NCBI RefSeq assembly: GCF_009914755.1
Contig: NC_060934.1
Origin: the human T2T-CHM13v2.0 reference genome, Homo sapiens
DNA length: 64,000 nt
Direction: 5' to 3' (one strand)
Shown here: piece after piece, positions 28,573 to 41,500 of the stretch
How positions within the stretch are numbered: position 1 is the first letter of the stretch
How the letters are laid out: each line of letters begins with the position of its first letter
Program-made: the position numbers and the translations under genes
The notes under the pieces: model-generated
What the model was told of the DNA's origin: nothing
Databases searched by the model: none
The model's input: only the letters and a program-made list of their open reading frames with translations

Positions 28573-29819
28573 CCAAGTCTCTTTTGTTTTAATACTCTGC
28601 TGTCACCATTTTGAAATTCTTAATAATTCATGAAAAGTGACCTTGCAAATTATGTAGCCAGTCCTGCTAGAAACATACTAAATATCTGATATGTAGAAAC
28701 ATAAACAATTTTATAAATTTGGAATTTTAAAAATGTTATCAGAGTATTTTGTAGTTCTGAAAAAAAAATTCTACTGTAAATAGTTTAACCAGCTCTTAGA
28801 ACAGTCTTCTGAGATCTCTGTAATTAGGATCAGAACTAAAATAAAAATTTCTAATGAGATGAATTACCAAAATCCATTTGAAACTGGATTTGCAGAATAT
28901 GAGGCCTATGACTGAGAATATGGTCTTCTTAGGAACACATCTTGAGGCTTCTATCATTCCTTCTGGCTTGCTCAAGGAGTTTGCCCAAACTGAGCCCAAC
29001 ATCACTAGCAGGTAGAAAGGTTAGCCTTGGTATCATCAGGCCATAAGAAAGATCATGAGCCCCAGGAAACCAAGGGAGCCCTTTTCCAAGGACCATTTTA
29101 TCTCCTTGTTGGCTTGGAAAGCCATGGCATGGCATGAAGCCCAGTTAACCTTAATTCAGACGAATGTCATTTCACAGTCATTTTTAAATCCAAAATTCTG
29201 ATTTTTAAATAAGATATGCTTGCAGTTGGACAATGTTCAGGCATACAGAATAACCCAAATTAGTCTTAAAAAGCTTTATGTTTTTTCTTTCCTCAAATAG
29301 AGGTCCTTCTGGGATTAGCATTATTTAATGAATAGATGAGACCAGTACATAATTAGCATATCAGTTGTTTAGCACATTCAGGAGAATAACTTTCAGCACT
29401 TTAAGAAATATACGTGTGTAAAAACTCTGAGTTCTGTTTATGGTTTTAATGTGTTCAGAAAAGCTCTTTATCATGGATTCTCCAAAGGTCAAGTTTTTGT
29501 TCAGCCTATGTCTGCATTTTCACAAATTGAGAATTTGAGAACTCCAAAATGAAGAAGATTTTCTACATAATAAATAAAGATGCTCAGTGGGAAGACTTCA
29601 TAATACCCAGGTTATGACTCATTCTAAATGCCTACTTTTGCCTTTTGCAGTGAAAGATGGCTCCATAATGTTGGGACCCATTTTTTAATCGTTATTTGTT
29701 TTTCGGTTGCAAAAGTGAAAAAACAAATGCCTGATTGCTAGATGCACATCAAGTTATAAAAGAAACCAAAGCTGTGTTTGATCCCTGGGCCAGCCCACTG
29801 TCCTCTCTCTGCCACTAAC

Positions 29820-30908
<1,089 letters not shown>

Positions 30909-32139
30909 TTAGAAATACTGAAGTCATTGAGAAGGAAACAAAAGCATGGAATAAGCTGTAGATGGATCTTTGGGTAAGGGGGGCAGTGGGACTCAATGGA
31001 CTGTTCCTGTGTCACTGTTTAAGTGTCTGAGACCTGGAGAGCAATAAGTTCAAGCAGGCTTGCTCCACGGCAGGCCACTGGAGGACCAATAGACTGTGCT
31101 GGCCAGTCCTTTGGCATAGCTTTAGGATCATGACCTAAAAACACTTTCCAGTGTTTTTTGGTAACCAAGTCCTTTGAGAGATGGACATATTTCAATGATG
31201 AGCAGCCATGCTGGGATAGTCATTTTAGCCACAATGAAAAGAAAGCAGCTTATTGGGAGTAAAGAGCGCTGGAAGGGGAGCACAGCAAAGGCAGATAGCA
31301 AGGAATTCAGCCACAGGCATAACCCGCAGCCTACCCACTGGGATTGGCCTGGGTAGTTCCCGGGGTCCCAGGCCCTAAATCTAGGTCCACACCCAATAGG
31401 CCCTGTTTAATACACAGGAAACCCCAGGTGGGATGGATGCCTGGCTGTCTCCTGCTGCTTGCTGACAAGGACTTGCTCTGAATTTTGAGTTGCATGGGGA
31501 CGCCCACGTTCTCCCTTTCCCATCCTAAACAGCTCAATCTTTTATATGCTTGCATTCAAGCAGATGCAGCATTGGATGCTGTATTTCATTTCCATCTGAG
31601 GATTCCTCAAGGACTCCTCCCGCATGTACGTGCAGGCTGATTAGTTGTGTCACTCAGATGTCTTTAACTTATTAAAAATTAAATGACAAATTAATTTCCA
31701 TTCCCATCTTGGCTTTGGAAATTATCAGTTTTGCAGAGCAAGTAATAGGGGAAAAGTCGGTGGGGGGATGGGAGAAGGGGGCACTCAAAATTTCTGAAAT
31801 AATTATTGTGATTTTAGGAAGAGAACAGATGAGGTTTCCTTTCCCTGATTCCTTTCTAAATGTATCAACAGCTAATTCTTTTTTCTAGAGTGATTGTTTT
31901 AATTTTTAAGCAACTTTCTTGATAACTCTTCTTTTTTTAAAAAAAAAACTTTTGTTTACTGTATGAAGCAGAATAAATGATACTAGCATGAAAGGCTAGG
32001 CATGGAATTAGTATTTTAAAATGACATCATCTTGTTTCCCCAGAGAAAAATTCTAATGGGGAAAATCTTTGCTCTGTTCTTCCAAAATTGGTCACATTTG
32101 GGTCCCCATTGTTTAAGCAGCAATTGAATTGCAGGCTAG

Positions 32140-32375
32140 TGGTGAAAGTCCAAAATCCAGGCTCTGACAACTGGGCTTCAGTCCAGCCTGTGCTGCCAAC
32201 TTCCTTGGGCAAAGCATTTCATCATTCTATACCTTAGTTTGTTTCTGTAAAATGGGGGAGTTACAGCAGCTCTCTCATGAGGCTGTCAGGAGGCTCATAC
32301 GAATGGGATGGTGCCCAGTAAGCCTGGCCCAGCATCTGGATCATGCCATGACTTGATAAATACCAGCTGCTGTCA
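32140..32375 (+). mobile_element. MIR
   Basis: ccttgggcaaag...ccttagtttg...ctgtaaaatggggg...gctgtcaggaggct. Confidence 0.6.
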
Positions 32376-34788
32376 TGATCTCCCTTCTGACATTAAATAC
32401 CTGTCCACCCATTATAGCATGAAAATACCCAGCTTCCCTCTGCCTCTCTTGGAAACACTGAAGGTCTTGCTCAGGGGTCTTTCAAGAGGTAGCTTTTCCT
32501 CACCTCCCTTCACTTGTCCAAAGGGATGTTGTAGGCCACTGTTTAGTCTTTCTGTTTTGTGAATCAGAAAATGTAAACTGGAGACCACATATGGAAGAAT
32601 GCGGTTTTAGTTACTTGTAATAGCCACCAATGGTGTGTGTGGCAATGCTCCGAAAAGCACAGCATCTGTTACCTCTTATCAGGAAGATGGGGAAGGGTTG
32701 GTACCAGATATGGAGGTGAAGTGACTCCAAGTAGGGGGAGGGGACTCCCGATTGCCAGTGAGCTAGACATCTGGGGTCATAGGAAAAGCGCTCCAAGAGA
32801 CCAGCCAGGGTCCAGTGAATACCTTGTATACCGTTCTGAAATACCCAGTCTCAGAAGGAGAGCAAGCAATGCTACTCAAGGCCTATTTCACAGAACAGTA
32901 ATTATGTGGGTGCTAAGAGGTACCCACGTAATCACCCCAAAGCATATGTGGTCAAATACAATTGGAATAGTCAGGTGAAACAGCTGTAACACAGTCCTTT
33001 CTTGTGAGACTCTGAGGAGCCTTTGCCATGCTAACATCAATTGAGAGTCTCCAAGTAGATGAAAAGTGGAATGTGCTACACAGCTTTGAAAGCTTGTGTG
33101 GCCTTGGTGCCCTCTGTGTCTCTTAAAATTCATTATACTGGCCTGGCATAATGCAGAACACATCTCAGAACATGTAGATAAATAAGAAGTATTTGTGGGG
33201 GATGTGGGAGGTGAAGTGGTCTGAGGAGGGTGGTATAGTGGCTAGAGAAATAGGTTTCAAGGCAGAAGACAAGGGTGGTGTGAGCACCTGAAAGATTCTC
33301 TGAACACAAGGAAGAAATCTGCTGTGGGACAAAGGCTTCAGGAGAGTCAATGATGCTAATCAAATACCAGAATTGTTGCCTTAGGTTTGGGGCACCAAGC
33401 TTTTCCTTTTCTCGTCTACTAATGACAAATTAAGATATCCTAGTTAGTCAGCGGCACGTGAATTCCAAATAGAAAATGAAATTCCCGGCAGTGAGGATTC
33501 TGAAATGCTGCTGTAGGTTTGTGAGATGGAGATGTTTGGATTAATTTTCCAACCAGAGGCGTGGACCACATGAGCCCTGGGTCTCTTATTGCCCTCCAGT
33601 TCTGAGGAGAGCAATCCAGAAACCTAGGGCTTTTAAACAACTACACTAAACATGAAAAAGATACCCCTCCTATGGTTGGAAACAGAAAATAGTGTGATAC
33701 TCCCTGACCTGAGTGAATTTGTCCTGATAAATAGCTATACCTACAATAATGCACTGCTGAGTGGTGGACAATTTATTCCTTGGTTTCTAGACATCTCGCA
33801 AGCAAGATTACTGTGTTGAAAGCCTGCTCCCTTATTTTGAAATATATTTTTGGGCCAAGAAAATGGAGTGTTCATTTCATTTGTGAGTCATGTGAAGGCA
33901 GGTGCTCCCACCTCTCTATCCACCCCTCTGCTGAGCAGCACTTTTGCTGTCTCTATTTAGAAGATCAATCCCCAGTTCTGAGACTTGCTGCTGATGGGTG
34001 CCCTTCATGGAGTTATTAACCAAGTCACGGGGAAGTGGGGAAGAACCTAACAAATGCAGTCACGACTGGAGGCCTTTATCGTCCACCTGAGTCCATTGTG
34101 AATCTCCCAGAGAGGATTCTGGGCTGGGATTGGGGGCCAGAGTGCAGGGCTGCACGTGGGTGGCTGCTAACCTTATCCTCCGCACCCTTCTTGAAATCTG
34201 CCTTTAGTAAAAAAAGTTCTCCTAGGGACCAGGTGTTTTTATGGCTTCAGAACCAGAGCTTCTGAGAAATGCCCTAGTAGGGGGAAAAAAAAAAAAAGGC
34301 AAATAAAGTCAGAATAAAGAAAAATAAACAGCTGGAGGGAAAGTGCCATCTTAGGTTTCTTATCTTAAAATTTTGATATTCTCCTTTGACTTCCTCTAAG
34401 AGCTGTGAAGACATGTCATTCAAACTGACAGTATGTTGGAAGAGGAGTAGAAGGGAGAAGGCGGGAGAGCGGGGTGACAAAAAAAAGTGGGGAAAAAAGG
34501 CTCAGGCCAGAGAAAATGAATTAGAGCAAAGATGCTTTGGAAACAACTGCCAGGTCAGATGGGTGTGATCAAAGGTTTACTGATGCTGTGTGGGGAAAAA
34601 ATCATTAAGAAAGTCCAGAACAAGACAGTCGATTCCAACCAGAGCCACAAATAAAACACATTCAAAGCAGTGCCATGGGGTAGCCTTTCTGTTACAGCCG
34701 GTGAAATAAAAACAAGCTGATGATAGTTGGAAACACCAACAACAGAACAAAAGGAGATACTGATGTGAAGGAAAACAGTGCTTCTTAC

Positions 34789-34869
34789 CCAGTTCAGTTA
34801 TCATTAGAATGTGCGTCCCACTGTTTTTTTCCTGATTGACTGATACCAAAGGCAACTTGCCCGGTTTAG
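34789..34869 (-). CDS. KCNMA1: KCNMA1 alternative cassette exon 'Slo27' (AKPGKLPLVSVNQEKNSGTHILMITEL), just upstream of the calcium bowl
   Basis: 81 nt, phase 1-1, ccaattag|CT...CTGG|gtaaga. Peptide matches the known 27-aa BK insert. Confidence 0.93.
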
Positions 34870-35473
34870 CTAATTGGATACAGCATTTAAGGGTTGGGGA
34901 AAGGGAGTGGAGGAAAGTACAGAAAAAGAAGAGAGTGAGGGAATAACAGAGGAAACATTCTCAAGTAAAGGGACCCCGGACCACAGGTAGTTTGCATTTG
35001 TCTTGGGGGAAGAGGCCACTCTACAGTTTTGCACACTCACTAATGGTAACAGGGAGTGCCATGGCCAGGTTAGAAGTTAGATTCTATTGTCCAACCAACA
35101 TGGCCCTCAAAACCCCATCATTTTGGGGGCCAGAATGGCATTTGCTGAAAATGGCTTTTGGCTGAGATATTCAACTACGATACGTTAAATGTCAAGTTAT
35201 TACACATTAGCCCAGGGCTTCTACCTTGTTCCCAAAATGGGTTTGGCTTAGATCCGAGGCTTTGTATATCAGTGGAGGACTCAGATTGTAGGAGCTGTCC
35301 AGACAGAATGCTCAAAAGAGGTTCTTACAGTAAAAATCACCAGAAAGAATCCGTGAACTAAGCCTTTCCTCCTTTCCTCTCCATTCCCAATTGAATGCCC
35401 CAATCGCAAATCCATCATCTCATGCTCCTTTGAAAACAGTGACCAGCATGAAGGAAACTGTCTATTCATCTCA

Positions 35474-35890
<417 letters not shown>

Positions 35891-36009
35891 TCACAGGTCA
35901 ACAATTAGTATTCCCGGGATAAACTCTGATGATTAATTCTTTAGAAGGACAGGGTAGGAAACCATTATAAATAATCGTAACTCACTTCATAGTTCCCTAA
36001 AAAATCCAG

Positions 36010-36747
36010 ACTTCATACCAATTATTTATTCTGCTCATAGATCTTGGCTCCCATCTCTTTCCAGGGACACAGGAGAATTATCCCCTGTGCCCCCTTGAAG
36101 TTAGGTATGGCCATGTGACACATGAAATGCTCTGGCCCATGAAAAGTGAGCAGAGCAGTGCATATCACTGCTGGTTCAGGTATTGGACAGCCATCTCTCT
36201 CTTCCCAGGCCATGGCAACTGTGAGAATACAGGTTACTATGGAGATGAAGGCTAGACAACAGCCCTGGACAGTTACCCAGACCCACAAAGCATACTGAGT
36301 GAGTCAAGAATAAAGCTGTGTTGCTTTAAGCCGCTGAGATTTGTTTGTTTGTTTGTTTGTTGTTGTTGTTACCACAACATAACCTAACCTGGCCTGACTG
36401 TTACCGTAAACCAATCAATTGCTTATCCTCTTGCTGGTGAGTGACTTAGGCCTCAGTTTTCACAGAGTTCTGGCCAATGGGAGGTGTCAGGAAATCTTCC
36501 TGGGGCTTTCAGGAAGTGTTTCCTTGCTCTTAAAAAGAAACACATAGGAAGAGATTCTCTTTTAATTTACTGAGCACGGTTTTATGTGCCTGTAGTGCCA
36601 GGAACTGAGGCACCAGCTGAGGGCATAACTAACTTAGTGATATTGGCTCAAGTGAATGACAGGAAGAGCTGTCCTGGAGTTTCTGGGGCAAGCAGCCTGG
36701 AGCCATCCCACCTCAGGATTTCTCCCTATGTGAGATTTTATACACAT

Positions 36748-36783
<36 letters not shown>

Positions 36784-36900
36784 AAATGTATTTATACATA
36801 TACATACACACAATATAATAAGATGTTCACATTTTTTTCTTTCTGTTTAAGCTAAATGGAGAAGGAGTTTACTTGCATGTAAATCCTCCTGACTAATGTA
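36010..36900 (+). mobile_element. MLT1 (ERVL-MaLR) LTR fragments with an embedded (CA)n run at ~36741-36811
   Basis: cccttgaagttaggtatggccatgtgac...aataaagctgtgttgctttaagccgctgagattt...ttgttaccacaacataaccta; second copy gagttctggccaatgggag. Confidence 0.65.
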
Positions 36901-39200
36901 TATGCCACCTGCTTATGGCTGATCCCTTGAACTTCCCAGTGTGCCAAACACAGACCACATAAGGTATATGTGGACACAGGAAAATTGGAAAGCAGCCTGC
37001 TTGGTCTCTGATTTTGCAGTTTGGGCTTCTTTGGGTCCCAGGTCCAAGCCAAGTACATACCTGGATGAGGTTGGAACAACTGTAACTTTCAGTTTAGTGA
37101 GAGTGAGAAATATCCCGGCTAGGCAGAATGTCTGCCTCGTTAAGGTTTTGCATGGACACATATCAATATTAGAAACCTATTTACTTCCTACATTCATCTG
37201 GTAAAAATTAATTTTTCTAACGAAGCATACGGCAGCTCCACGCAAGTGGCAAGACCCAGTGCAATTACATTTAGATGATAGGCAAGCATTCACACTCACT
37301 TCGGTTTCTCCTTTTTTCCTTCAGCGGAATGCTACATGGGCTTACCAATGAATTAGGGACTTTTAGGAACAAAGTCACTTGCTAAATTTCCAAGGATAAA
37401 ACTCCAAATAGATTATTATGTGACCAGATATCTGACTCACTTTCCAGCAATGTGACAAGATTGTGTTGAGTCTGGCATTTTGGCTAGGTGTGAGTCAGGA
37501 ATGAAATACGGGAGCTCAATAATTGCCTGTTGTTTTGGAGGTGCATAATGCATAAAATGCCAGAGAAATATAAAAGGGTTTTCTTACTTTCTGCTCTCCC
37601 GTGTATACATTTCTTATCACTGAGTGCCATACTTTCAAAAAGAAAGACAAAGTTTTACTTAATATCCATTCCCTGACTGCACTTAAATTGATTCTTTACA
37701 TTAATACACTATGAAAAGGGTAAGTCATTTTGATTGACATTGTAGTGTCCATCTTTTCAAACTTTCGAATATATGTTTTTCAGCCAACCACATAACCAAA
37801 AACACGCATTTTTAAATGCTAGCTGTTTTCTTCTTCTAGGATGGTGAAGGGGAAAACTAAACTGTTTTCATTAGAAGTTTCATTCAAAAACATGAAAAAC
37901 TGGAAGTGACAGCTGTGCAGATTCAGTGGATGTGACGTTTTTGAATTTCTTCAACTTGACAAGTAAACACCTTAAATCGGTAATGCTATATGCATAATAC
38001 ATGGCCTGTATTTTGACATCCATCATCAAATGCTGACTTGAGAAAATACGGGTTTGTACGTCAAGGAATAGCACCCATAAAGCAGGGAGAAATGCAGGTC
38101 ACACGGTATTAGGAAAACTGTATTTCATTACAGAACTCGCAACAAGCCACGGCATCCTTTTATTTTATCTTATTTAAAGATTCCATTTTCAGCTGTGAAA
38201 AGACTCAATTCCTTTGCATGAAACCTTCATTTGGAAATGACATGCTTGCTTCATAGGCTTCTTTCATTTTGCTTTCATATTCCATTTTCCCCTTCAGTCA
38301 CCAGGCCTGGTTCCATTAGCATCTGCAACTGACAAACTATGGTAGGTGTCCAAAGACATCTCTCTGTTGAAGGCCCAACTCTCCCCTATGCATGACTCCC
38401 CAAAAAAGTGTGCTTTTATTGCTAAGAAAACTTCATGCCTCTTTTTGTTTCCCTACTTTTCTAGTCACACATTTTTAAAAGCAAAAGGCAACAATAACAG
38501 CAAAGTTGGCTTCTTCTTTTTCCCTGGTGTAGAGTTATGTTAAAGGTGAACATAATTTATTAGCATTGTTTCTTTCTTAGGGGTACTGATATGGGAAAAT
38601 TATGGTCAGAAACGGCAGGATTGCCCCAGATTCCTTAAATGGCTTTGGAGAGAAGAGAAATTCAAGCACCTTCCATAAAGGAATGAGGCAATCCGGCCTT
38701 TGATGCCATAGGATGGTGTCCACCGCATTCCTCATAGCTGCATTTGATAAAGGGGCAGGTCTAAATTGTGGCCCAATCTCTGACCATCTTGCTCTCCTTC
38801 CCATTATTGCTTGCAGCCATGACTATATCATGGGTAGCACCTGAAGTCTCTCTACATTAAACAACGCCCTAGTTCTGCATGTGAACACACTGGCACATGG
38901 AATATACTCCAGAGATCTACAGCTAGAGAACAGTGAAACTGGGAAACACTCCCTTCATTAGTTAAACTAACACTTGGGAAGTTAATTTTAGAAACAACCA
39001 CTTATTTTGCCAGAAAAGATGACTAAGAATATCACCATTAGAGACATGGAATGAGAAGTCCTCAATCAGGAAAAGACTGAAGTTTAAATCATCCACAGCC
39101 AAAGCTATCACCAGATGGGCTCCTGATTCTTTAGCCATGTCCCCATAGCACTTTGTTGATCATGGCCATGGGAGGCAAGTTTTGTGCTAAAAATGACTTC

Positions 39201-39649
39201 CATATGTTTGTTGGCCATTTGTATATAACATCACTAAGTATCAGGAAAATGCAAATCAAAACACAATGTGATACCACCTTATTCCTGCAAGAATGGCCAT
39301 AATCAAAATATCAAGAAACAGTAGATGTTGGCATGGATGCGGTGAACAGAGAACACCTCTACACTGCTGGCGGCAATGTAAACTACTACAGCCACTATGG
39401 AAAACAGTGTGGAGATTCCTCAAAGAACTAAAAGTAGATCTACCATTTTATCCAGCAATCCCACCACTGGTTATCTACCCAGAGGAAAAGAAGTCATTAT
39501 TCGAAAAAGATACTTGCACACGAATGTTTATAGCAGCACAATTCACAATTGCAAAACCATGGAACTAACCCAAATGCCCATTAATCAATGAGAGGATAAA
39601 GAAACTGTGAGATATATATATATATACACACACACATATATATATCACA

Positions 39650-39691
<42 letters not shown>

Positions 39692-40071
39692 GTGAGTGAA
39701 TACTACACAGCCATACAAAGGAATTAATTAACAGCATTTGCAGTGACCTGGATGAGACTGGAGGAGACTATTATTCTAAGTGATGTAACTCAGGAATGGA
39801 AAACCAAACATCATATGTTCTCACTGGTATGTGGGAGCTATGCTATGGAGATGCAAAGGCATAAGAATGATACAACAGACTTCAGGGACTTAGGGGTTAA
39901 GAGTGGGAGGGAGACGAGGGATAAAAGACTACAAATATGGGGCAGTGTATACTGCTTGGGTGAAGGATGCACCAAAATCTCACAGATCACCACTAAAGAA
40001 CTTACTCATGCAACCAAACACCACCTGTACCCCAATACCCCAATAACTTCTGGAAACAATAAAAATAAAAT
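39201..40071 (+). mobile_element. L1PB-type 3' fragment with a short inverted 5' segment
   Basis: ORF2 C-terminal peptides ([20 protein letters not shown]) and an L1PB1-like 3'UTR; flanked by AAAT(G/A)ACTTCCA. Confidence 0.88.
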
Positions 40072-40719
40072 AAATAACTTCCAAAGACCACCTGAACTCC
40101 TTACACTGTAAGTTTTCTCCCCACTCCAATCTTCAGTGGCTGGTGTGGCAGGTTTTTGTTACCTATTTTATTCATTCAGCATGAGACATAAGTGCTTGAC
40201 CAACTTTATCCTATGACAGATATTCTCATTCTATATACTGTATAAGAACTTTAGGTCAGAGACTGGATTTTCATTTCTTTGAACTTCCCAGATTATCTAC
40301 AAAATGCCCAGCACATAGAAAAGAAATAGAATGAAATTGTTAACAGCATGGGCTGTAAAGTCAGGTGTCCTGGATTCAAATTCTGGCACCTCCACTTATA
40401 AGCCATGGCACTATAAGCATTGTGCAGACTCTCTCCTAGTCTGCTTCTTCATCGATAAACCACAAATACCTCCCACATAGGACAATTGTAAGGATAAAAT
40501 AAAATAATGTATTTAAAACATTTAGTACAATATCTGGTATGAGGCAAGTGCTAAAAAATGCTGGCTACCAATATTAATATTTTATTAGGTATACAATAAG
40601 TATTCGTGGATCACTTCCCCTTCCCTATGGATAAAGAACTGAAGAAGTATTTAGTAGATTCTTAAAAAAGATTTTTCACACACAGAAAATCCTAGAATAC
40701 TAATGAGAAGGCAATGAGC

Positions 40720-40721
<2 letters not shown>

Positions 40722-40809
<88 letters not shown>
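40722..40809. repeat. (TG)n(TA)n compound microsatellite
   Basis: Direct reading. Confidence 0.97.
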
Positions 40810-41049
40810 ATATTCCTTATGTGATCATAAGGAAAGAAGGACTATGGCTCAGACAAGATATACACAAGTAATGGCTGGAAAAGGGTTCCAGGACACTGTA
40901 AACCCAAGTGCATTAGAAAATGAGAAAGGCTCAATGGCATTGTTTTTATGAGACTCAAAGCAAAGGCAAGAATACTCTAGACCTAAACTGGTTAATAATT
41001 GAGAATGAAGAAGAGAGGGGGAAGGCTGAACTAGAACCCAAAGAAAAAA

Positions 41050-41500
41050 AATAGCCAACACTTACTGAGTGCTTACTATGTACTGAATTTTGCTCACGTA
41101 ATAACTTCGGTTCTCAGAACCATCCTATGTATATACTACTATTTTTCAGAGGAGGAAACTGAAGCACAGAGAAGGTAAGCAACTTGCCCCAGGACATACA
41201 TCTAGGAATTAGCAGATCTCAGAGTGGAACCCAGATAAACAAGTCCCAGTGTCTCCTCTAAGCCACCACGCCATATTGCTTCTTATGTGCCAGGCTGGGC
41301 TAAGGGTTTTTTCATGGGCCACCTTGTTTATTCCTCATAACAGTCCCTGTGTGTTTAGGGACTGTTGATATTTGCATTTTGTAGAAGAGGAAAATAAGAT
41401 TCAGAGCAGTGGCATAACTGGCTCAAGCATACCCAATTGGTAAGTGTCCCTGGGAGCCGCAGCCAGGCAGTCTGACCTCAGACTCCTGACACCTGCAGGC
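41050..41500 (-). mobile_element. Two MIR copies
   Basis: ttttcagaggaggaaactgaagcacagagaaggtaagcaacttgccc, and attttgtagaagaggaaaataagattcagag. Confidence 0.65.
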
